A stretch of 54,262 nt of DNA, the filler included, from Trypethelium eluteriae (Eukaryota): assembly GCA_051942245.1 (NCBI GenBank). It is 2 parts of 2 records of this genome, joined end to end, with 100 filler letters (N's around TTAATTAATTAA, not from the genome) between each part and the next. Parts side by side here need not be neighbours in the genome. Positions count along the whole stretch, not along the records: positions 1 to 27,112 come from JAVECL010000340.1; 1 more part is not named here. The stretch is one strand, 5' to 3'. The position numbers were made by a program, and so were the translations under genes. Positions 1 through 11,830 of this stretch are shown piece after piece. Below the pieces are notes generated by a model. The model did no database searches, was not told the DNA's origin, and worked only from the letters and a program-made list of their open reading frames with translations. Position 1 is the first letter of the stretch. Every line of letters starts with the position of its first letter.

Positions 1-48
1 CTTATTTCACAAAGAATTTCTAAAATTTAGCTATTTGTGTGGGGGCTA

Positions 49-140
49 GCGTATCGTACGATAGTATCGTTATCGTACCGTATCGTACGATAAAAATACC
101 GCCGATACTATCGGCGATAATCGTACCGTTGCCCAGTCTG
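49..140 (-). mobile_element. Putative terminus of a DNA transposon (hAT-like TIR plus subterminal repeats); element extends off the left edge
   Basis: The minus strand begins CAGACTGGGCAACGGTACGAT at 140. It is followed by clustered TATCGTAC/ATCGTAC repeats in both orientations and the palindrome CGCCGATA-C-TATCGGCG (~100-117), with AT-rich sequence at 1-38. No transposase in the window. Confidence 0.5.
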
Positions 141-1293
141 GTGGCGTACATGGAGGGTAGCGCACGGTGGCACTCTGATCAATACCTCTTACTGGGGGCC
201 GCCTTCGGTCTCGATCGCTCTTTCGGCAACTTCATCAATTCCAGGGCAGGACTCCTATCCAACGAATACAATCTGACTTCTCTACTCTAGCCAAGTTGAT
301 CGTCACAAGGCTTTGGGCGATCTTGCCTTTGAGTGCTTGGTAATGCATGACATGCTACGCCGTAGACACGACCTAAGTGGAAGTGGACATAGAGTACTCG
401 ATGGAGCACCACTGTGACTGAAGTTGCCCGACTGCCTCATGAACGGTATCACTGTGTTCCCTCGGCAACGACTGCGAAGTTGATTTTATGCACGAATCTC
501 TGAACGAACCTATCTAACCTTGCCACCCTGCATGAAGGGATGTTTTCTTTACCTCAACCGAGGCAGTATCTTTTTTCCACGCATACCTCTTTGCAGGCGC
601 TCAACTCTAGGCCTCTTCGATCTCTGAACGTCTCATACGAAAGCCATCGATGGAAGACGAAAAATGAGACCTGGCAAGGGCAGAGTGATCAAATCAACCA
701 GACCGCTGTCCACTCTAGGAAGTGACATGGAAGGGCAGCGAGCGAACATCTCCAAAGAGCACCTATCCAAGGATTTGAGCGGTTTAAACTCGATATCTTC
801 AATTCGTTTATCATACTTTTCAAGTACATGGCACATTCTGGCCAACTGATCGAGCGTGTCAAAGAAACGAAACTTGTAGTTGTTCGAAGCAGATCTCTAT
901 GCTTCGCATCTCGTGTCCTAATCCTAATTAGTCCCAGCATCTAACCTAACCAAGGAAGGCGGTACGATATTCTCTGCGCTCGAAGATACTTCGAAGGTAT
1001 CGCGAGATTCTTCCGAGGGCATTCTCCCTATTGCTGTGCCGCCCCCTCTCCGGCATTGGCATGTCAGCATTGTCGAAAGATTAGGCTAAAGAGGCAGATC
1101 CATAACAATCCCTTCTGAACTTGATGCTAATGCTCAGCGGTGACAGCTTATGTGCCTTGGCGGCCTTCCTTCATACGGCTCCCATGAAAACGCTTACTTC
1201 TATATACCATCCACGCATTGTGTAGCTGTATAAGCTGCGGTCCTCATCGTCCATCATTTTCGTTCATTCCCATTTAGTCCGCTCAATCTCATC

Positions 1294-2998
1294 ATGTCTA
1301 CCTTCAAAGACCCCCAAAAATTGCATATCCTCCACAACCCCCCCTCGGAGCCGCCGACTCTGGGTGCCCTCAATATCAATTCTAAAGCACGTGATGAAGC
1401 CTTGGATTTCCTCGAAAACCATCGCGATGAATCCAGCGCGGCCCTTGCTTTTGATGAGGCGTACATGGCCCAGTTGAAATGGAAAATCGATTGGAGATTT
1501 CTACCGCTCGGCTTTGTAGTCATTACCTTCAACATCATTGATAAGGTCTTATTGAACGTATGTGCCCTTGTCATTTGGAGCTGTGTCCCGTGGATTCAGA
1601 TAACTTTGATGTAGTACGGAAACGTCATGGGGCTCTCCCAGGATCTACATCTCAAAGGCAATGACTTTACAAACGCCTCGACCTCTTTTTATATTGCCAA
1701 CGCCGTCTTCGCAGTCTTCAACGGTAGGATCTCGGGTGACTGTCAGCTATTACGACTATATTACTGACTTTCTCCAGTCTTTCTACTCCAAAGATTACCA
1801 GTCGCGAAGTGGCTAGCGGCTTCTCTTGGTATCTGGTCCATCGCCACGTGCTGTACAGCTGCCGTCCATGATTATCGCGGTTTGCTGGCTGTTCGAATCA
1901 TTGCTGGCGCCATAGAATCCACGGTACCCCCAGCCTTGATGCTCCTAACCGCTCAGTGGTATACGAGATCAGAACAAGCATCCCGGTACAGTCTCTGGTT
2001 CCTGGGCACAGGCTTGGGCCAAACCATTGGCGGCTTCGTCTCTTGGGCCTTTCAGCACGTTAGCAAAACCGCCCCTCTCGCTGGATGGCGGATTATGTAT
2101 GTCTTGCAAATTGACCACATGACTGAAGGTTTACAAAATCAGGTTTCTGACCCTCGGCCTTTGCACATTTGTCTTCGCACTCGTCTTGCTCCTCTTGCTT
2201 CCAGACACGCCAATGCAGGCCCGCTTTCTCATGAACCAGGAAAGAGTGGCTCTCATTGAGCACGTGAAGGTCAATCAGACTGGTATTGAGGGTAAAATCT
2301 TCATTCCGCAGCAGTTGATTGAAGCGGTCTTGGATGTTCAGATATGGATCTTCTTCGTTGCATTCATGCTCGGTGGCACGGGTAGTGGCGCAATCACTGT
2401 TTACTCCTCAACCCTCCTCACGCACCTTGGCTACAGCTCGAAGCGTTCAGCTCTACTGCTTATGGCCACCGGGCCCATGACCATCATTGGTTCCCTATTT
2501 ACGGGCTATGGTGTCCGTTATTTTGGCAATCGCTGGGCCTTTATTAATATTGTCATGATCATTGCCGTGCTTGGCGCGGCGCTGCTGGCTTTTCCAAGAG
2601 GCGATCAATCCGCTTGTGGCTTCGCCGGCATCTTACTTGCCGACATTCTGATTGGACAGACACCTGTCATTTATCAATGGCTTCAGGCGAATGTTGCTGG
2701 CCATACCAAACGTGCCTACAGTGCGGCAATGCTACAGGTAGCGTTCGCACTTGGCAGCATCATCGGTCCTCAAACTTTCCAGACTCGGGACGCACCGAAT
2801 TACAAGCCCGCCAAGATCGCCTTTATGTGCTTCCTAGCGACGGAAGTTGTTCTCATCACGATGTTACGAATTTATTACGGCTGGTGCAACCAACATCGAG
2901 ACAAGCGGTCTCAGCCAGCAACCGCGGATATCGCAGACGCAGCCGCCTTCGCGGGATTGACCGACAAGCAGAATCCCACATTCCGTTACGTGTATTGA
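1294..2998 (+). CDS. MFS transporter, allantoate permease (Dal5/ACS)-like; 4 exons
   Basis: Introns 1558-1614, 1724-1777 and 2097-2142 (GT..AG) join the ORFs. Motifs LKWKIDWRFLP, QWYTRSEQASR, LPDTPMQARFL, ANVAGHTKR, IIGPQTF and LTDKQNPTFRYVY are typical of the fungal allantoate permease family. Confidence 0.9.
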
Positions 2999-3944
2999 GA
3001 ATAGAATGATTGAAATCTTTGCGTCTTCTTCGAGTTAAGTTTTCGCACCTTCTCTCACTTGGATACTGGCACATGGGCAGGCTGAGACTACCCGATCACT
3101 TCCAAGGTAATTATATGCCAGGGTCTCCGATCCATCATGCAAATAAATCCTGGGGACGATTCGCGTGACGACGTACACGTATGGAAGTAATGAATAGTTC
3201 TAGTCAGGTACACATCTTCGGACTGCTTTGGCGAGCTGTGCAATCAATTTCAGAAGAGTGAAATGAGTCCAGAGATTATCCGAGGGAAGTGACTGCACCT
3301 TGCCGGTGGCCATCTCAGATTCCCACCGATATTACTAGCTCTCAAGGTGGGCTTGCACCAAGAGCGGCACAGCAGATCCGGCTGCCCGAGCCTCGGTCTT
3401 GTGTGTAAAGCATCTCTGCGAATCCTGTAACAAAGTGGAGCACCAGGGGAGGTGCGTAATCTCAAGGATCAGGTATCTCCACTCTGATAAGGTGGCATCA
3501 TTGCGAATTTTGTACGATGCATCATACTGTCCATTTGACTGTGGCTTCGCCGATTTAAACAACTTAGACTCTGTCCCCTTATCGTTGTCCTTGTAGAGAT
3601 CGAATACCCATATTAAGTTCGATAGACTTTCTCTTAAGCAGTAGGCCATGCAACTGATAGCTACGATACATGTATTGATCATCTAACATCTCGATATTAC
3701 GCTAAGAAATTGCCATATGTTTTACTTTACCTGACGTAGATCAACATCACCCCACTCTCCACAGCACAGGTCATTATTCTATCCGGAAGAATGTGTCCGC
3801 TAGCCAATTTACCTTAGAATATACTAACTTATCTGCCCAGTACTCGCTTGTGAAGCTCCTTAACACTGAGGGTCGACCCAACCTATTTACGAGATTTATG
3901 TTGAATCAGTAGATGAAAGACTAAAGACTCACGATTCTTGAATT

Positions 3945-5486
3945 ATGGGATCTCTGCAACAAGCGATTCGAGCCGTGGAAAATGCTGCTCTCGCGCAAGA
4001 CAACGGAGAAGAAGGTGCACATGGGCGGCTGCTTGATGCCATCGACAACCTGACTTCGCTGGCCTCCACGCCGACGGACATGGTCGCTAGAATTAGACGC
4101 CAGGTAGGCAGAGAAGCTTGCTTGCTTTCCATTGGGGGGCCCTTGCATCCTCCGAGCCCTTCATTCAGTGCCTAGTGATTGCGAAAGAAGTGCGCATGCT
4201 GATAAGGTTCGCCGGAGTCATGACAGGCTATGCCACTTGCAATTTTGAGAATCGTGATTGAGATGGGACTCCTTGACGCCTTGAACGAGACGCCTGACAA
4301 GGCTGTCACTACGGAGGCGCTTGGCCAGAAGACGGAAATAAACGAGCTCCTGATCCGTGAGTCTTTGAGAGAATCGGGGCGTCTCCACCGCAATGAGAAG
4401 TAACTAAATCCTCACCAGTTCGCTTGATGCGCTGCATAGCCGGTATAGGTGCGGTGGATGAGGTTGGTGAGAATACATTTGCGGCAAATCAAGCAACAAG
4501 ATATGTCTTGCAGCCTGGATCAACAGCGGCTTTGAGGTTTCAGTATGCCTATCTGTCAAGAGTTGTCCTATGTTCTATTAGTACGAGCCCCTGTTATCGA
4601 CTCTAACACTTTTAGGCACGATATCTTTTACGGCATGTTCAACGCACTGGTTCCATATCTACAGAAGCATCAAACAATACATCAGTTCCCGGAAAAGTCG
4701 GGCGAGGAAACTGTGTTTCAATACGCGTTCGGCAATACCTTCTTTGAATACATCAAATCCAATCAGGCTTGGAAGCGCAATTTCGATAACTTTATGTCAT
4801 ATCGCCATAGCTCCACCACATGGTATGAAACGTATCCAGTGGAGAAAGAATTGGAGATCGACAATTTGAAACAAGATCCTCAATCGGTGCTCCTTGTAGA
4901 TGTCGCAGGGGGTTCCGGACATGATGCTCTTACTTTTCGGGAGCGGTTCCCCGGATTACCTGGCAGATGCATTCTGGAGGATCTGCCAGAAACGTTGCAA
5001 CGAGTAGACCAGATTGAGCGCCCAGGCATCGAGCTAGTCCCGTACGACTTTTATACACCACAGCCCATCAAAGGTCTGTTCGTGGCCTCACAAGTCATTC
5101 TGGGAAGACGATTCCCCATACAAATGGGCTTACGCTGAACATCATGCTCAGGTGCGCGAGTATATTTCTTCCGACGTATTCTACACGACTGGTCTGATGA
5201 TCAGTGTCGAAAATTTCTTGTCAACACTGTCGCGGCTATGGACGCTGGATACTCCCGCATCTTGATAGAAGATCGCATTTTACCGTCGTCTGGTGTTAAT
5301 TTGAGCACGGCATTGGCCGATGTAAATATTATGATGGTAGCAGCTGGAATTGAACGAACGGAGACTCAATTCCGCCAGCTGCTACACTCGGTGGGTCTCG
5401 AAGTTGTCAAAGTTTGGTACTCCTCCGGAAGTGTTATAGAGGGTGTGATTGAAGCCCGCAGGAGAGGACCAAGCAAACATGATTAG
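3945..5486 (+). CDS. SAM-dependent O-methyltransferase (Methyltransf_2 type, secondary metabolism); 5 exons
   Basis: Introns ~4104-4226, 4357-4418, 4543-4615 and 5074-5151. Motifs LLVDVAGGSGHD, YDFYTPQPIKGARVYFFRRILHDWSD and GIERTETQFRQLL. Confidence 0.9.
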
Positions 5487-5578
5487 CTATAGAAAAACAT
5501 TAGAATTGAGCAGCTCATCCAGTCGAGCTGGACCAAGTTCAGAAAACAGCAGGACGTATACCAGCAGGTGCCGAATGC

Positions 5579-6412
5579 TTAGGTGGCAGCGCACTGTTCG
5601 ATGACTTGAACGACTTTCTCCGGTTGGCTGAGCCAGACACTATGACTCGCATCCACTTTGACAATGTCCCACGGTCTTCCACTGTCGGCCTCCCGATTCT
5701 TGAGCATCAAGTCTTGCAGAAATGGGTAGACACCTTGATCTCTTTCGCAGAACAGGTAGGAACAGCGTACCATACCGTTCGCCCAACATGTCGACTCCAC
5801 CTTAGAAAGGAAGGTGGAGATGGGCTGAGGCCGCATCTTGTCAACGAAGGGCTTCGAAGCTTCCTCGGGCAAGTCGTTGTAGAAAGTTTCGTGAAAGTTG
5901 TCAACAAGGCAATAGGAAGCATCGTCGGGCTTTGGTGAGTTAGCAATTGCATTCCATTCGAACATGAAACCCTCGTACTGGGGGACCATTGCTTGACTTA
6001 CATCTTCAATCAGATACGGCGGTTTCTGTGGAAATTGCCCCAGCAAGCTTTGGCCCTTATCCACCAGAAATGCAGCGATGAAGACAGCGGCGACAACGCC
6101 TCCCTGCTCGCCTGCCGCATTCCTCCGCACCTTCTCTAGGCCTTCCACAGCGCCTGCGCCTGCCAGACCGCCATAAGAATGCATCACAAGCACAACGTCT
6201 TTGCCATTCTTTTCGATGAGATGTTCTAGCTCCTTGCGTACAACGGCTACGTCCTCGAGGTGGGATTTCACAGCCGGTTTACTGCCAGGACTGACAAGGG
6301 CGACGGTGGCGGTTGGATAGGAAAGAGCAGACAGCTGCGCCCGAACCCTATCCCAGCATGATACATCATGCCAAGCACCATGGATGAGAAGAATGGTAGG
6401 CTTGCTTGCCAT
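5579..6412 (-). CDS. Alpha/beta hydrolase (Abhydrolase_6, methylesterase-like)
   Basis: LIHGAWH, nucleophile elbow MHSYGG, ERDQ acid and DASHS catalytic His. In-frame 72-nt intron at ~5930-6001 (GTAAGT..AAG). Confidence 0.88.
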   Translation of the reverse strand: MASKPTILLIHGAWHDVSCWDRVRAQLSALSYPTATVALVSPGSKPAVKSHLEDVAVVRKELEHLIEKNGKDVVLVMHSYGGLAGAGAVEGLEKVRRNAAGEQGGVVAAVFIAAFLVDKGQSLLGQFPQKPPYLIEDVSQAMVPQYEGFMFEWNAIANSPKPDDASYCLVDNFHETFYNDLPEEASKPFVDKMRPQPISTFLSKVESTCWANGMVRCSYLFCERDQGVYPFLQDLMLKNREADSGRPWDIVKVDASHSVWLSQPEKVVQVIEQCAAT

Positions 6413-7523
6413 TGTGAATAGGTATATGTTCAGTTTTTGTGAAACGGGAACTGTCGTTGCTCGAAAAGAAATATCAGCATAAGATAACTAAAGTTAAATG
6501 AGACGATCCAGAGGAAGACTCGGCATCGATAATGGCACAAACTTCTACAATGGGACCCGATACCAGCCTGTCAATCAATCGCGAAGGGAAAGTCTGGGAC
6601 TACCACAAGCATAACTGGGAAAAAAGGTGATGTAGGACGAGCTGCCGGTCAGGACCAAAGGACGTGTCTAGGGGAGTGACGGCATGCAGACTCATGATCG
6701 ACATTGTTCAGCTGGAAGACGGAATGAAATGAAAGGCAGCCAGCCACTAGTACCAATGCTGACGGAGGAGAGGCTGAACGAGTACCCGCCGGTGTAGATT
6801 ACACTGGCGTACGAGTAGCGCTTTGGGGGTACCAGGGAGTCGCTGTAGGACTCTGTAATTGTCCGTGCAAGAGGAGAGTCTGCGGCCTGGTCTCGTCCCC
6901 TTGCATCATGTCAGAGGAAAGTTCTGATTCAGCCTGAGCCGTCCATTGAAGCTGCGAATGAGCTCCACTCCGTCAATATTAGAGTTGGGCAACATCTGAT
7001 CAGCTCTATAGAGCAGATGGTGTAGCGATCTCCTTGATGCTCGGGAGGCTGAAGCATAAACTTGAAGACACGGGAAAAAAGGCACAGGAAAAGACCACCA
7101 AAGTATACCGAAGGTGTTGGTCCGTGCTGGATACACGTTTAGAGTCTACCAGTCGGGCATGTAGAAGCCTAGAATTGAAAGATAATTCTGCCACTGAGAT
7201 CTGCAGATGCTGAGCACACTTTACAAGAATCTATATGTTGTTTCACCTTTCGACACGACATTTCGTCACACTCTCCCAAGACTGAGTCACCCCCCACCTT
7301 CTCGGCCCCGCGAATTTTTTTCCACACAGGTCGGGGAGGACAGGTAGGTGACCCAGCCCAGGTAGCGTGTCTACCGCGTATCTACGTCTAGCCATTCGCG
7401 CAAAATTCCAATACTACCCGCGGACATACCTTCGTGTTCAGACTTTAGAGCGACTACAAAATCCTATACCTCTAGCACCCCTCCTCGTCTCGGGTTCGCG
7501 ACCTTCTTTCATTTGACACCAAG

Positions 7524-9120
7524 ATGTTGGACCTTGAAGACTTCATCGAGGAGCGCGGTGGTAATCCACAAAAAATCAAAGAAAGCCAGAGGCGTCGAGG
7601 TGCCTCAGAGGAGCTCGTCGACGAAGTCATTGCTCTCTGGCAAGACTCCCGCGCTGGTAAAAACCGCCAAGCTCTGTCGCAATGATTAAAGGAAACTGAC
7701 CGGTCTTATAGCACAGTACGACGTCGATCAGACGGGCAGCGAGATCAATTCCCTCCAAAAACAGATCGGACAGAGAAAGAAAGCAAAAGAGGACGCCGAC
7801 GATCTATTGGAACAGAAGAATCAGCTGCAAGCACAAAAAAAAGCCAAGGAGGAAGTCGCCACCGTGAAGCGGGATACTTTACAACAAAAGATTCGATTAG
7901 TCGGCAATTATGTCCATCATACCGTGCCCGTCAGTACCGATGAGGCGAACAACGAGATTGTGCGATCATGGACACCTGAAGGCTTTGATCCAAGCAAAAA
8001 GCAAGCCTTGTCACACCACGAGGTTCTTTGGAGGATTGATGGCTATGACCCCGTCAGGGGCGTAAAGCTTGTTGGACACCGTGGGTACTGCCTGACAGGC
8101 TACGGCATGTTTCTGTACGATTCTTGATTTGCGAGCGCCCTAGTTCCTCCTACTTATCTCTTCTAGGAACATGGCTTTGATCAATTACGGAATGGAATTC
8201 CTCTTCCTAAAAGGTTATGCCACTGTGGATTTGACTCTGTGCTTTCTCAAACCAGACTAATAAATTTTCAGGCTACAGCCCAAACCAGCCGCCTTTCTTC
8301 CTAGATCGCGAGCAGATGGCGAAGACGGCGCAACTGTCTCAGTTCGACGAAGAGCTATACCATGTTTCCGAAGGCGGAACCAATCCTGCCTCAGACAAAT
8401 ACCTCATTGCGACCAGCGAGCAGCCCCTCTCTTGTCTCCACTCCAACGAGTGGCTGCAGCTAAGCCAGCTTCCTATCAAATACGCCGGCTACAGCACCTG
8501 CTTCCGTAAAGAGGCCGGCAGCCACGGACGGGACGCCTGGGGCATTTTCCGAGTGCACCAGTTCGAGAAGATCGAGCAGTTCATACTTTGCAAGCCGGAT
8601 GACAGCTGGCAGCACTTCGACGAGATGATTGCCGTTTCTGAGGAATTCTACAAGTCTCTTGGTCTACCTTACAGGGTGGTCAGCATTGTTTCGGGTGCTT
8701 TGAATAACGCCGCTGCTAAAAAGTACGACCTTGAAGCCTACTTTCCCTTCCAAGCCGAATATAAGGAGCTGGTGTCATGTTCCAATTGCGAGACCTATCA
8801 GACTAGGGACCTTGAGATTCGCTATGGCGTTAAAAAAGGAAAGACGGTTGTTGGCGGGGGAAAGAAGGAATATGTTCATGCATTAAATGCTGTGAGTCTG
8901 CTTATTCACTCAATGTGTGGCTCTAAACTTAATCTTGCAGACATTGTGCGCGACCGAGAGGACTCTGTGTGCTCTACTGGAGTATTTTCAAACGGATGAG
9001 GGTCTGGCTATTCCAGAGGTCCTCAGAAAATACATACCAGGCCAACCATCAGTCATACCTTTCGTCAAGGAAGGACCTGGGAAGGATGTGTTGTTGCCAA
9101 TACGAGAAAATAAAGGATGA
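7524..9120 (+). CDS. SES1: Cytosolic-type seryl-tRNA synthetase (divergent; possibly a second paralog); 5 exons
   Basis: Introns 7657-7711, 8115-8166, 8214-8271 and 8892-8940. N-terminus [15 protein letters not shown] with coiled coil, then YLIATSEQP, motif 2 [27 protein letters not shown] and motif 3 [15 protein letters not shown]. Confidence 0.95.
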
Positions 9121-9682
9121 AAGATATTAGCAGAAGGATTTCCCTTTCGGGGTTCTAGTCATTAAAAATCCAGAGGCAGAGAGGAAGTCTCGGATCCTGG
9201 GGGTAGCTGACACTCGAAATGATAAGAGCAGACAGATAGCAGCTTACCAGGCATCCCTTTGGCTAGAATCTCATCAATCCGACTGCTCGGCCTTGGGGAT
9301 ATCGTGTCTAGTGATAGCACCTCGCTTAGGCTTGAGCCCAAGGCGCCAATAATGTCTCGTTGCTCGCCTATGTCCTTAATTTTCTTCTTTTGTGCAAAGT
9401 CGAAGACCCTGTATCAATATCATCTCTGAGTTCCTCGTTAAACACTAAGCCTGTTGTAGCAATACAGTAGACACCTCAAACCAGTCTCCGAGTTGTCATC
9501 GTGTCTCCAATGCGTACTCGGGAAAAGAAAGATAGGTAGATCATAGGAAGGTCAAGCACTTGTATCCCGGGTATCTTCGACTGGAGGATTCAGCTGGCAC
9601 ATCTCTTCCTTCAGTTTATCGCGAATAACACCCTATTGTCCTAACGTTCATTATCGCTTTTCACTCGTATCTCAACCCCCTT

Positions 9683-9877
9683 TCATTTCCAACCATTAAG
9701 TATCTTCAAGGTAGAGAGTGTGTGAGGGTGTTAAGCATCTAGCACCTCTATCATCAACCGAACACACTCAACTATTGGTTCAATAGCTTCATCGCCGCAA
9801 TCTTTCCGTTTCTGCGTAAAAGCGACGTTGTTCATGCTGGTCAGCGTTCCGGGATACTCTTCGCCTAGCTCCCTCAG
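9683..9877 (-). pseudogene. Relic C-terminal TPR repeats of an NB-ARC/NACHT-TPR NLR
   Basis: The minus strand reads LRELGEEYPGTLTSMNNVAFTQK...ECVRLMIEVLDA*HPHTLSTLKILNGWK*. This is the typical last repeat and terminus of LGxEHPxTL TPR NLRs, with an internal stop and no recognisable upstream gene. Confidence 0.75.
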
Positions 9878-10257
9878 GTGTCGCCGAACTGTGAGCCGCC
9901 TTGGTGGACATGCGTGTCGCGAGGCTGCAGGCCTGGTGGACTGGGGTGCGCGCCCGCAGCTCACTGCGCTTGATCCATGTCGGACAGTAAATAGCGTCTG
10001 AGGCTCGAAGAATGGATGCCGTCATCTTCAGCGTTTTTGCCTCTGCAGGCTGTCTAAATGCGCGAGATTGAGATGCTGGCGCACGCGAGGCGCAGGATGA
10101 GCGCAACGATTGGTTGGCGCTGCTGTGTTGATCTCACGCACAAGTAACGAGGTGATTTGAATCGATTTTATCATCATCGGGCTGTATTGCATACAGACCC
10201 GCAATGTATGTTGTGCACGGAGAAAATCGTTCTGATCCTCTTGATAAATGCCTGCTC

Positions 10258-11567
10258 TTAGAAGCTGCCGCTGCCTTGTCCGGCGTAGTTCCCCTGAAAT
10301 AGCGAGCCCCCGCTCACCGTAGTTGATCCAGTAAACCTTGAGCCTCCTTGAGTTATCCTAAGTACTTGTCTTTCTTCTCCCTCTCTTGATGCGCTTTCCG
10401 CAGTATCTGCAGAAGAATTGGTCAATGCCGTTCCAGCTGGATGCAAAGCCTTCACCCATCGATGAAGCTCTCCTACAACAGCCTTGAAACCTGGGTCATC
10501 TGCGTCATTGAATTTCGTCATATCCATATGGTTCGCATGTATACCGATTGGAATATATCCAGGTAATATGGCGGAATGTGATGGAACGACCTGGAGTTTG
10601 TCAGCCTGGCATATATTGCATAATTTATATCCCTTCACATACAATACCCACACCTCGCAATGGCAATTCCTCGTAGAAACATGTGATATGGATTGGTTGA
10701 TATTCATCTTGATTTCGTGCTCTTATCATAGTATGAAAACTGTCCTGTATCCGTGCAAGAACCTCAGAGTCGCTTTCGAGTACTTCGACAATCCGAGAGT
10801 TTGCCTGCTTCACGAGACCCATGACTTTTGCCAGCTTTTCGGCCCATGACGCGAGGCCAGAGCCGTGGTGAGGCGTTCCGAGAAATATAATGCCTCGTGC
10901 ATATTGCAGAATGTTTTGCAGATGCCTTTCCGGTCGCTGTCGCGCTGTTACAAGGGCCTATCGTGACTGTAAGCCAAGTACAGTTATCATGGCAGCTTAA
11001 CCTACGTCTTCACAAATGAGGCCCCCCAGACTATGGCATACAAATAGCAAAGGTCGGTCATTCTGCGACAGTCAGCCCAACAACTCGAACGAGTGCGTAT
11101 GGGACCCGACTGTATCGTCCTCTTCTCTGTACGTCGCAAGAGCCGTAAGGAGATTCGTAGCATGGTTTCCAGTGGTGTTCTTTGACACCAGTCCTCGCCA
11201 GTCCGTGACATTAGCGTCATATCCGAATGCGAGAATGCGAGCGCTTTTGATCTTGCTAGGCAGCAAGGCTTGCGGCCATGGTTTCGAGGCGTGCTTTGCG
11301 GTTCAGGTCCTCTCACGATCGCCCGTCAGACCGTGGATAAAAACAATGCTATGGAGTAGCAGAACCGGTGAGTTGGATGGTGTATTTAGAAAAGTCCGAA
11401 TCCTTGTGTGGCATGAGTGAGCATGGAGTTCCCGTAACTTACTCTACTACACTCTCTTCGGCGTCATGAAGGAGCTTGACCCCTGCCGGCGAAGCGTCGG
11501 CAGAACCAACAATGTCGCTTGTGGGGCTCTTCGCTCCCCGGCTTAAGCTTTTCAACCAAGACGTCAT
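10258..11567 (-). pseudogene. SesB-like alpha/beta-hydrolase (DUF676/SERAC1-like lipase) effector with C-terminal putative amyloid signalling motif; premature TGA at 11303-11305
   Basis: The spliced 5-exon model from ATG 11567 reads MTSWLKSL...VVDIVFIHGLTGDRERT*TAKH...PWPQALLP...ARILAFGYDA...RPLLFVCHSLGGLICEDAL...GIIFLGTPHHGS...CFYEELP...VVPSHSA...IHANHMDMTKF...RITQGGSRFTGSTTVSGGSLFQGNYAGQGSGSF*. The stop falls where the family has Trp (TW). Confidence 0.88.
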
Positions 11568-11830
11568 CTTGACCGCCGGAGGACTTGCAACTTCGAGAGT
11601 CAAAGTATGATTGCTAGAAGATCAAAGCAATTTGGACGCTTGCCTGTTCTTAACGCGTTCAAGCAACATCCACCCCAGCTGCACAGCATGAAGCTATTCC
11701 GCCACGTAGACCAATCGACGCACTCCTCCAGCGCCATGCAGGCGCCCGGATCTTAGCCTCGCGCATATCCTCCAGAGATCATGATGCTGAGCACGATGGC
11801 ATCTCTTCTTCGAGCTTCGTATCGTCCTAT

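Noticed and set aside
300..1000. Overlapping 60-83 aa ORFs next to the transposon end
   Set aside because: No recognisable transposase or other domain.
6500..7200. Possible gene remnant between the hydrolase and SerRS
   Set aside because: Only short ORFs without identifiable motifs.
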